A stretch of DNA of 64,000 bases from Haliotis cracherodii (lineage: Eukaryota). Below are positions 24,304-35,037 of the stretch, piece by piece. The notes under the pieces were generated by a model that was not told the DNA's origin, searched no databases, and saw only the letters and a list, made by a program, of their open reading frames with translations. Made by a program: the position numbers and the translations under genes. The DNA lies in the NCBI RefSeq assembly GCF_022045235.1, contig NW_027266343.1, positions 49,600,001-49,664,000 on the forward strand, in the 5' to 3' direction. The first letter of the stretch is position 1. Each line of letters opens with the position of its first letter.

Positions 24304-24580
24304 GAGTGAGTGAGTTGGGTTTAACGCCGCTTTTAACAGTATTCCAGTTATATCATGGCGTGGCAGCATAATGTGAGAGGAAAGCCCGAAGTGATGCAGG
24401 TCTCAGACGTTTCCCACTTTGGTGAAACCCACAAGCACGGGTATAGTACTGACAAACCTAGAAACATAATCGGGGCGACTCGGGATTTGAACCCACAATC
24501 ATAGGTTTCTGGCGTGCCCAAGGGACGCAACTCTGCATAGCGAATCACAGCGCCTTAGATGACTGGGCCACCCGTGCCCC
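24304..24580 (-). mobile_element. tRNA-derived SINE family C, full length
   Basis: Head GGGGCACGGGTGGCCCAGTCATCTAAGGCG...GGTTCAAATCCC, (ACTC)n tail; 12-bp TSD TCTTGTTTGAGT at 24292 and 24583. Confidence 0.92.
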
Positions 24581-25489
24581 ATTCTTGTTTGAGTTGCAGG
24601 TGTGTACGAGTACGTCACATACATATCACATCTTAGTGATCATCATGTAATTTCCCCTGTGCAGAACTAGAAGAGTCATTAGCTGTTAACTATTCCGTTC
24701 AGCAACGTGATTAGTATCCGCCTGAAAGGATGAAGGATGAAATTCGACAGAACATGAAGACATGCTTATTTCAAACGATGCATGTCAGTTGTTTGCTGCA
24801 TTCATTTCAAAGAAAACATCCAGTAGATTTATCTTAAACAGGATTTCCCAAATATCTGGGCTCCACAACTGCCAAATCACCATTAAGCAAAACCTCTTGA
24901 TGTTATGTTATAAACGTGGGTTATTTCTCACTTGTTGACGAGTAACTGATATCAAGTCAACACATCAGTGTAAGTGAGTGATGAATGCTCCCAACAAATA
25001 TTACAGTACTATAACTGTGTGTCAGATGAGGTGAAATGGGATTTAACGTCGCGGCCAAGATTATTGCACTTATATTGCGACATGTGTGTGCATGCGTGCG
25101 TGCGTGCGTCCGTCTAGATGTTTACCACTGTGGTGAAACCCAGAGAACAGAATGGCACAGACAATCCAAGGGAAGGGTGATAACTAGGGATAATTTGGGA
25201 TTCAAATCCATGATCATCCAACCCTGGCATGGCTAAGTGGAATGCTGCGCGTTGAATTCCAAGCCACCAATGCCCCAAAATGAAATAGAACCTTTTTAAG
25301 TGAAAAATAGCAATGTGAAACACTTGCAAGAATTTCAAGTAAGATGTTAAAACTTTTGGACAGATACCGTTCAAATCAGTTTATAAATAGATAAAATATA
25401 ACTGGAACATTCTTCCAGACTGCTTGAACACAATCTCACAAGCAACTACAATGTCATTCAGGGATAAAACGACAAAAAAGACTGCCACA

Positions 25490-25735
25490 TCAAAAGCAGA
25501 TTTTTGTGAATTTTCCTCGAAACATTACTTTCTTCAACATAAGGCACCTGTGACTACAAAGTCCGAAACAGTTGTAGAACTTTGATGTCAGTGATCTCAT
25601 CCTCATGGTAATCTCCTTGCACATACAACAAAGACATTGACGGTACTTTGGATGGTTCTCAGTCGGCACGGCACACGATAATGAGACAAAGACTATGAAT
25701 AAATACATAGCCAGACAAAACCTGAAGCAGGGCAT
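25490..25735 (-). CDS. Candidate secreted cysteine-rich cationic peptide, 81 aa (97 aa from the upstream ATG at 25783)
   Basis: ATG in a CAAACATG context; hydrophobic leader MPCFRFCLAMYLFIVFVSLSCA|VP; 59-aa mature part with 8 Cys and 12 K/R versus 2 E; CATAAAAG TATA-like box at 25828-25821. No homologue recognised. Confidence 0.45.
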   Translation of the reverse strand: MPCFRFCLAMYLFIVFVSLSCAVPTENHPKYRQCLCCMCKEITMRMRSLTSKFYNCFGLCSHRCLMLKKVMFRGKFTKICF

Positions 25736-26778
25736 GTTTGTCCATCTCTTCACTGTAATGAAGGAACGGGAAGACTGGAACATCCTCGTCTTGCTGGGCT
25801 CACTGTGATGGTGACAAACCCTTTTATGTACATCTCTCTGTTATTCCAAGGGACAATTTTAGGAAGTAATGAAATATGGGGGACCTTAAGTGGCCAATTA
25901 CTGTGTGAGTCAGACATGTAAACTGGATAACCTCCTGATTAATTAGGTGTTACAGGAGGTCATAGCATCAAGCATTATCTAATTAAGCATCACCACAACG
26001 CCTGCAATGTCTGTTTCTATTCAATTAGCACAACAGACCAGTTCATAACATTCTGTCTCAAGTCTAATACAACTCAGCCAATTCACATCATTTGAAAGAT
26101 GTTGTCTTGTGAAGTTACAAAAATGTTGGCTGAAACTTCATTTCGACACCTAATGCAACTAAGCTTCCCAAAATACATGTCTCTCGAGAGAAAAATCAAG
26201 AAAAATGGGTTGATGGCTGGAGGCTGTTTTTGAAAGGATACCATTGCTGAGCGTTGCTGGAGAATGGAGTCTTTCTATCATGAACCTTTCAAGGGTACTG
26301 AGTGAGTAATGATAAATGATACTGATTGAAGAAAACTACATGCCACTTTTAATCCATTAACTGTTACTCTGAAATAAATCGGAAACATTGAGTTGGAATA
26401 AAATGCTAATATGGAATTAGGAGTTTTACAGTTCTAAGAAGAATTCTTATTAGCTCCTTGTGAAATGACATCCAATAAAGACAAAAATACATTAATTTCT
26501 ATAGATTTCTTCCCCAGATTAATCTCATTGTTGCCAGATAGCCAACTGCCGTGCCCTGAACAGCATGGGCCACTAAGCAATATTGTAATATGGCTATCAG
26601 TGGTTGGCTCATTGGCACACAAGGTGTGCCCTGACATCGGACACAATCAGGCCTTAATCAACACGCTTGGAAGAATCAGCAACTACTGTGATATTATGAA
26701 GTTAATTCACATATACAGCACAAGTGCTAGGTTCGCACATTTTAAATTTCTTCAAACTACTAACTGGAATGACTTCGA

Positions 26779-26900
26779 GAGTGAGTGAATATAGATTTAA
26801 TGAGATTTTAGCAATATTCCAGCCTTATGAGGGCAGGGAACACCAAAAATGGGTTTTACACATTGTACCCAAGGGAGAAGTCCAACCCAACTGATGAGTG
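26779..26900 (-). mobile_element. Degenerate SINE family B copy
   Basis: TTTTAGCAATATTCCAGC...ACACCA.AAATGGG.TT.ACACATTGTACCCA. Confidence 0.7.
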
Positions 26901-27570
26901 AAAGAACAGAAATGTTAAATATGATGCTGGATCAATCAGCATGGAGAACTTGTGACAGTGAGTGAATATTATTTAATACAGCAGTCCGCAATATTCTAAC
27001 TTCCATGTTTTCTTGAGTATAGTGCAGTATTCAGTATTTCGAAAAAACGATTTTTCGAGTATTATGTGCATAAAGATACTTCATCGTATCCCTTCAGTGA
27101 ATTCAGTTAAACAAACAGGTGATAACAAAATGAAATCTGATATTAAAAAAAAAAATCACTGCAGAAAGTGATAAGCCATTTTAATTGTATTTCCTGTTCT
27201 CATAGGCATTGCTCTGTATGCAGAGATTAAGATTATGTATATTACGTATATTATATTATTTTGTAAAGTTGGAAATAGCAATCAGCAGTACACAATGCAC
27301 CAGTGATTATGGTGTGCATAATGTGCACATCCCTCTACACAGCTGTGTTCTTTGGAGAAAAAATTGGCACTAAATATGGTACATCATGGCAACCTGTGAA
27401 TAATTGATTCGGATTGAGGCAAATCAGTGACTCAAAGCATGTGCAATGTCATACGTTGTTTGGGTGTAATGACTCGCAACCAGCCAAGTGACAGAGCCTA
27501 ACAATCTGAGCATTCCATTAGTACTGGAGACAAACCACCGGGGCATTTGAACTGAAATCTATGCTAAGAT

Positions 27571-28520
27571 AACGAAGGGGTGGCTGAAAAGCTATAAGTC
27601 TAACTATGATTGACTGTATTGATGGAGGTGGTTGCTGATTATTTGTCACAATAATCCCCTCCAAGGTCCACACACTTCTGCCAACGATGCTGGAGTGCCT
27701 GAAGTCTTCCTCTTGGTAGTGTAAAAACTCCTCCACAGCAGAAACGATGTTATCATTTGCATAATGCTTGCCAGACATTTTTTTCTTCAAGTTTGGGAAG
27801 AAGTGGAAATCTGGTGACACCAAATCTGGTGACTACGGAGGACGATCAGTGAGTCCCAAACCACTGTCATGGATTGCAGTCACGACAATAGACTTGTACA
27901 CAGGTGCACTGTCCTCGTGTTACAACACACCTTTTGTGAGTTTGCCACAAAGTTCAGCCTTCATATTCTCACTCAGTTGCCTTAGCCAATTAGCATAATG
28001 TTCATAAAAAGAGAACTCAAGACAAGTTACATGTCCTGGTTACAAATCTTTCAACAAAGTCTGCTTCAAACTGACAAAATTCTCACAGGAACTGTTTGAT
28101 GGGCATTTTTAGAAGGTGGTAAGTAACAGATATTTGAATTCAATAATGATGATTATAAAAAATCTTGTCTTTATGCTCATGAGCAATGACGAACCTGGAG
28201 CAGAAGCCTTGGAAGTTTGATACCTCCGAATGTTCTCAACACACTCATGAGAGATGCCTTCTGTATTTGGCTACGTGACGTGGGGTCAGTCGTCCGTTGT
28301 CCATATTCATATTTAATCAACATTTTACGCAGTGGAGGCAATCACAGGTCTTCTTGATCTTGGATCAACCTCATGGCAAAGGAAGGATAGTCTTCCCCTA
28401 AAGTTGACACCATGGTTGTTGCAGTTAGCCCTTTCAGCCGGAGAAATTTTTTCCATTTTCATCTTCAAAAGTTTCAAAATGCAGGCAATTTTGGAGTTAG
28501 GAATGAAAAATAACAAAAAG
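27571..28520 (-). pseudogene. Decayed mariner transposon (transposase pseudogene)
   Basis: Interrupted motifs MEKI..FLRLKGLTA..MVSTLGEDYPSFA, KASA, GKLTKGVL*HEDSAPVHKS and RPP*SPDLVSPDFHFFPNLKK (mariner HPPYSPDLAPSDF); end resembles a TACGAGGGG..TGAAAAG TIR. Confidence 0.85.
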
Positions 28521-29576
28521 TAAATGGAGATAACAACTTCTTCTCCATACTTGCATACAAATTTCAGATCACAAACTATCATATTTTTAGATGATATTTG
28601 TCTAGCCTTAAGATAAGGCAGCACTGGTGGAAGAGTTTTCACAAATGAACCCTCCTGCAAAAATGGCCACCATGCAAAACTACAAATTTTGAACTATTTC
28701 TAGTGGCCAAACAGCAAGTTGAATTTAGAGTTTAGGATATGCTGCAATATGTTTGCTTCCAGATTTGGAAAATGTGACTTAATCATTCTAATGTAATTCA
28801 TAAACATCGTGAACATTAACACTCTTATCAACTTCGGGTTACTCATAAAAATTTGATGGCTGCTTCACATGGCAAACTTGCCACCTTCCGCAGGAAATAA
28901 ACGACTTCATTGTTGTTAATTAAACAAAAGAATGGACCTGGAACAATATTCATTGTTTAATGAACATATAATGAACTCTTCTAATTAATTGAAGATGAAA
29001 CATTATGCAACAAAACTGACGAAAACACAGTGTTTCATAAAAAATCATTTACATTTCATCATTTATCAGATACAGTAACCGCAACAAAATGTAGTAAACT
29101 GGAACACCACACAGAACAGTCGCTATTTCATGTCCTCTCACTTTGAATATATTCACACACTGCCAAACACCTAGAAATCTGAAAATGGCAGTTTGTTGTC
29201 TACAGCATGCCAATAAAATGAACATCTGATCGTGGTAAACACATCTGCTAAACAACGCATAACTTCACTCGTGAATGATTCCTCATAAAGTTGATAATGA
29301 ACAGAAATACAGAAATATTTATGCAACTAGTATTTCGTTTCAGTTGACAATGCTCATTATCCAATAATATACACATATTTATAAATATTTCCAGTGGAAT
29401 AAATAAGTGTTTGAAAATAGGGTAGACAAGGCTTTATAATCCTTTAACAGTAGTTCCATCATAATTTGAGTTACAAACATAAAAGTTCAATTACAGTTTT
29501 AAATGTTTGAAGATGAAATGTCTCTTTGATAATTAGCAAAATCTCATCACAAATTTAATTGCTTTTGTACCAGAAG

Positions 29577-29731
29577 CAGCGATAGAAATTGGCACTAGTC
29601 CTGTAGTCCTTGCCAAACTGCGCAATAGTTAAGGTATCATAAGGACTAGTAGAAATTTGCCATTTTTGAGGGTTTTTCTATATGTTATCATTATAAGGAC
29701 TAGTGGACTAATTATGTTATTTTCTATCCCT
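29577..29731. mobile_element. About 155-bp CAG-terminal MITE family M3
   Basis: CAG.G.TAGAAA / TTTCTA.CCCTG termini with ACTAGTCC / GGACTAGT motifs; copies at 39235, 46589 and 61942; no consistent TSD seen. Confidence 0.8.
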
Positions 29732-30835
29732 GCAAGAGGAGATTTTTCTCTCATATTTAATCATTTCCAGTATAATCCCAGCAAAAAACACACATCGGTC
29801 CACTACAAATACACACAGGTCCATTAGAAATACTAACAGGTCTTTTACAAATAATGCATCAGTAGACATTCACATCTTGAAACTATATACCTTCAATACT
29901 TCAAAGCATCTGAATCAATAACTACCAGTTGACAGAAAATAAAAGCACAGACATTTCTCCTGATTCACAAGAGAACAAATGATTTCTGCATCTTCAAACA
30001 TCACATGCTCTTTTTCTGTAACTGAAAAACTTTTGAAAATCGTACAATTGTGATGAAATTTCAACTCTCCAATTCCTTCCGACAAATAGATGATGTTAAG
30101 ATTAGTGTGTTTTGTTGCAGCGGCTGTGCTCAGCATACAAACTAAGGGGTTTTGTTTCTGAGATGGTTCTCCTCCCCAGCTGATGAGGGGCCCCATCATG
30201 CAGAATGTTGACAGCTTCCATCACAGTGAAATGCGTCTGTTTTAAAAAGCTCTTCATTTTGCCATCATCTGGATATTTCACACACCCCAGAACTCATTAC
30301 ACTTGGCAAAGGTTCTTCAGCATGAAAGAAATCATTACAAATTGGAGCAGGAAATTATGTATATTTGAACTGACAGTTTGCTTCAAATTCCTATCTGGAA
30401 TCAACAAAATACTTGTCGGAATCCTTTCGGAAGAGATCAATGTAATGAACATCAACATAAACCTTCAATTGATTTTCTTTTTCAGATACAAAAGAAAGTT
30501 ATGAACTTTAAATGAAAAGTGAAATGTTCTGGGAAATTCAAACAAGGAACACTATGACATAAATCTCCATTCTGAAGGAACACACTCTTTGATCATCTTG
30601 TTTATAACATGGATTCAAAGCAACAAGCAAGTGTATCTATAAAAGTCAGTTTTATATTTTAAATCAATTATGGCATGTGTGAATACCCCTGCTCCTTCAC
30701 AGAGCCTGATGTCTCCACAACGGTATAAGTGTGATGCTTTAGATGACTAGTGCACCAGTGGCCCCTGGTGGAAGAACAAATAACAAGTTACACAAATGAA
30801 TTTGTTGTGTATTGTGTCTTAGTCAGTAGTAATTT

Positions 30836-31005
30836 TGGGACAGGGGTGGCTCAGTCGTCTAAGGTGCCGTGATTTGCTGTGCAGAGTTGTGTCCCTTGAG
30901 CATGCCAGAAACCTATGATTGTGGGTTCAAATCCCGATTCGCCCTGATTATGTTTCTAGGTTTGTCAGCACCTGCCCATGCTTGTGGGTTTCATCGAAGT
31001 GGTAA
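30836..31005 (+). mobile_element. SINE family C, 3'-truncated
   Basis: GGGGTGGCTCAGTCGTCTAAGGTG...GGTTCAAATCCC, collinear with the reverse complement of 24304-24580. Confidence 0.85.
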
Positions 31006-31093
31006 AAGTCTGGCTTTCCTCTCAGAGCACAGTCCCTATATCCCAGCAACCTGTATGACCATCTGGACCAGGAAAACCTATTACGGGAAACAT

Positions 31094-31998
31094 GACCCCA
31101 GGAAGTGTCAGGGTGTAACATGTAGGGAGGGAGAGGTCACTGTAGGGAGTTTATACATCTCCCTCTGAACCCCAGGAAGTGTCAGGGTGTAACATGTAGG
31201 GAGGGAGAGGTCACTGTAGGGAGTTGATACATCTCCCTCTGAACCCCAGGAAGTGTCAGGGTGTAACATGTAGGGAGGGAGAGGTCACTGTAGGGAGTTG
31301 ATACATCTCCCTCTGAACCCCAGGAAGTGTCAGGGTGTAACATGTAGGGAGGGAGAGGTCACTGTAGGGAGTTGATACATCTCCCTCTGAACCCCAGGAA
31401 GTGTCAGGGTGTAACATGTAGGGAGGGAGAGGTCACTGTAGGGAGTTGATACATCTCCCTCTGAACCCCAGGAAGTGTCAGGGTGTAACATGTAGGGAGG
31501 GAGAGGTCACTGTAGGGAGTTGATACATCTCCCTCTGAACCCCAGGAGGTGTCAGGGTGTAACATGTAGGGAGGGAGAGGTCACTGTAGGGAGTTGATAC
31601 ATCTCCCTCTGAACCCCAGGAAGTGTCAGGGTGTAACATGTAGGGAGGGAGAGGTCACTGTAGGGAGTTGATACATCTCCCTCTGAACCCCAGGAAGTGT
31701 CAGGGTGTAACATGTAGGGAGGGAGAGGTCACTGTAGGGAGTTGATACATCTCCCTCTGAACCCCAGGAAGTGTCAGGTGTAACATGTAGGGAGGGAGAG
31801 CTCACTGTAGGGAGTTGATACATCTCCCCTGGACCCCAGGAAGTGTCAGGTGTAACATGTAGGGAGGGAGAGGTCACTGTAGGGAGTTGATACATCTCCC
31901 TCTGAACCCCAGGAAGTGTCAGGGTGTAACATGTAGGGAGGGAGAGCTCACTGTAGGGAGTTTATACATCTCCCCTGGACCCCAGGAAGTGTCAGGGA
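31094..31998. repeat. 74-bp G-rich minisatellite, about 12 copies
   Basis: GAACCCCAGG at 31241 and 31611 (5 x 74); units almost identical. Confidence 0.97.
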
Positions 31999-33158
31999 GT
32001 TAAAACACATCCTTCAGGACCCACAGAGCCGTCAGAGTGTAGCTAATGACCATCTCCAGACAAGGAGGCTAGGACTGTAACTATCAAGGCAACAAGTTAA
32101 TGTAAATGAAACTGGTATTGATCTGTGAGGATAAATATGATATCTCCATGAGCTGGTGGCCTCTGATCACCCCCACTGGCCAGCACACCAACACAGCACC
32201 AAGCCACACCACAGCATCAGATGGACCACTTTTTCTTAAAATGTCTCCCTTGTGAGAGCGCCAGTAGAGCCTCTATAAAGAAAATTAGATTGCCTCAATT
32301 CCAATAAAATGAAGCAAAGACTTTTGATCTGGGGAGAGGGAACAACTAGACAGAAACCCTCTTACACTCACTATCAGTTTAACGCCAAAGTTTGCAGCCA
32401 AAGCTTTCTTTTTTTATGAAGGAAAGCTATAAAATTCCAAAAAGCCCATCAGAGAGAAGCTGAGTTGTGATGATCAATGGAAAGCAAACCTGGCACAGCT
32501 TCATTCACTGCATTTATAATCATTTCTCATGATATCAGTGGGTTTGATGCTTGTGATAAATGCCAGTCTGCCCTTGAATCAAACATGACAGTGCTGGGTG
32601 GGGTCTACTCTGGATCCCCATCACTGATAAACAGATGATTTGCTGTTTGTTCTTTCACCAAAAGGCATGTTCCTGGGAAGGATTATTGATATTATTGGAC
32701 AGTATTAATCCCATCAGTAACTTAAATGATAAAGAAATGGAACAGCTGAGAGACGACATAATTCATGTTTACAGAACTTGTCTGAGAGAGTCAAATCATT
32801 GCTCATTATTAAGAGAGTAACGACATATTGAACAATCGCAATTGTTTGCCCTACGATAGTACTATATCGATGTGGCAGGTATGAATTACCAAGAATACAG
32901 GTTGTTGTCATTTCATTTATAGTTTTGACTCTAACAGTATCATCTTTAAACGTTAGTCTAAAGTTATAGGCTTGTTCATTGGCTTGTTTTAAAATACTAA
33001 ACGCTACTTGCACGTCAGCCATTGCACTTCACAACAATCAGAACACATCAACGATCGCATCGCAGAGCACTTAGGACTTAACAACAAATCTAAAGGTAAG
33101 TATAATGTTTTAAGGGTTGTATATATTTAAGTACTGAGTAATAATGGTATTGACATAT

Positions 33159-33335
33159 GTGAGTGAGTGAGTGAGTATGATTTTACGTCGCTTTTTAGCA
33201 ATATTCTAGCAATATCACGGCGGGGGACACCAGAAATGGCCTTCACACACTGTACCCATGTTGAGAATCGGACCCGAGTCTTAAATATTCGGCGTGATAA
33301 GCGAACGCTTTAACCACTAGGCTACCCGACCGCCC
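33159..33335 (-). mobile_element. SINE family B
   Basis: (GAGT)n ... TAACCACTAGGCTACCCGACCGCCC on the plus strand. Confidence 0.9.
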
Positions 33336-34007
33336 ATGTTTAACGTAAATTAATTAAGGGTGAAACGATACACAGATATTCCGATGCATCGCAATACTTG
33401 ACCCACGATACAATATACGATAAAGGTGGGCCCATTTGTTTGTCTTATCAAGGAGTTATCGTTCTTGGATGGTTGCCACAATCAAAATGTGTTGATGACA
33501 ATGTCATTATTTCTGTATAGTATCATTTATTGCATATTTTTTCTAAGGAACGATATTAGAATTACTCCTTTTATAACTGAAATGGTTTGTGATATTAATT
33601 TGTTGTATTTATTGATAAATGTGTATATGCTAATCCTGAACTAGTTTGTATTCCCTATACATGTGTGTCAGGGTGTCTATCTGTCAATAGACAAAGAAAT
33701 AAGGTCTTGTAACCTGTGTCTGGTCTTCCTGTACACCTACACAATTCCGGTTACATCAACAGGAATTTTTAAATGAAAGTAATGATACATCCAACACATC
33801 CAAGGTTAAATACTGAGGAATAAAAGAGGAATAACTGTTTCATTGGCATTCCAGAAGTTGGTGAGTAAGTAAGAAAACATAAAAGCACACTCCCGCTTGA
33901 TAACAGTGTAAGAATCTACATCGCAAGGTTACAATAAACCAGAAGTTTTTATCCAAAAAGTATGTTTTCCTAAAAGAGGAATACCAAGCTTTTACAATCT
34001 AATTAAA

Positions 34008-34465
34008 ATCAGATCCTAGTTCTGAACGATCTGAAGACATCCCATTAGGGGTCACGTCAGAACGACCTTCCATCCGACCAATCACTGTGTTGCTTACCAG
34101 ATTATGAAAGGGACTGTCCAAATGTGAATTCTAATCATGTAATCTCGAAAACTTTAACATGGGGTATTCCGAATGATAGCTACGGGTTTAACGACTGAAT
34201 CCTTACATTCTACACCATCTATTAGTCATTCCAGAATGTTTTTTTGTTCAGGTTTCAAATTTGTAATCAAGAATTTGTAAAAATATGTTTCGAAGCGTAG
34301 TCGCCAATTTAAAATTTGTGCCGTAAAGCACGAGAAAGCTGGTTTCTGATTGGTCATTCCATTAGTCGGTCAGTTCAGTTCGGTTCGCGTAAGGTCGGTC
34401 TGACGTGACCCGTAATGGGATGTCCTCAGATCTTTGTTTAGCAGTAGCAAGAACTAAGGTCTGAT
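34008..34465. mobile_element. Long-TIR MITE family M4
   Basis: ATCAGATCCTAGTTCT...GACATCCCATTAGGGGTCACGTCAGA versus TCTGACGTGACCCGTAATGGGATGTC...AGAACTAAGGTCTGAT; second copy at 43447. Confidence 0.8.
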
Positions 34466-34875
34466 ATCAATGAGATTGAAGCTTTTACTTCGTGACAACC
34501 ATAACTGACAGATCAAAGTGTGACATAACGGTGTTTGTTGAGAGCTTGTTATGTATGTCATTGTTTCTGCCCATGTTCAGTGAACTTGACATGACAATCA
34601 ACTCCAATATGTCAAGAATTTTTTTTGTCTCTGTATCAATGCGAGCAAAGAAATTGTTTGAACTCCACTTGAACATTAATCACACTAAAACTCTCAGGTA
34701 TATATTTAAGTCTCTTGCCCTTAACCACCAGTCTCAATACCATCATTGTGCGAGGTGTCACCTCGATCGTTAGATTTCATGATAACAGCATAAAGAGATA
34801 AGGTTGCCTTTTAGCTCAGCAATTTCGGCTGAACCGCCTCCTCTATGGAACTCATGAGGGTGGGTGAGTTACTTA

Positions 34876-35037
34876 AGTAAACTATGGTTATTATGAACTC
34901 AAAGGGACTACTAGTTTTAGTTTGTTATAACCGTACTTTGTTATAAGCATATATACAGAAAAGGGTTGGGATAAAAAAACAGTACATTATATCCATCAAT
35001 TCATTATAAGCATGTTCGTTATAAAAGTAGTATAGTG
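34876..35037. mobile_element. MITE family M1, diverged
   Basis: AGTAAACTATGGTTA...GAACTCAAAGGGAC...GTTCGTTATAA. Confidence 0.75.
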
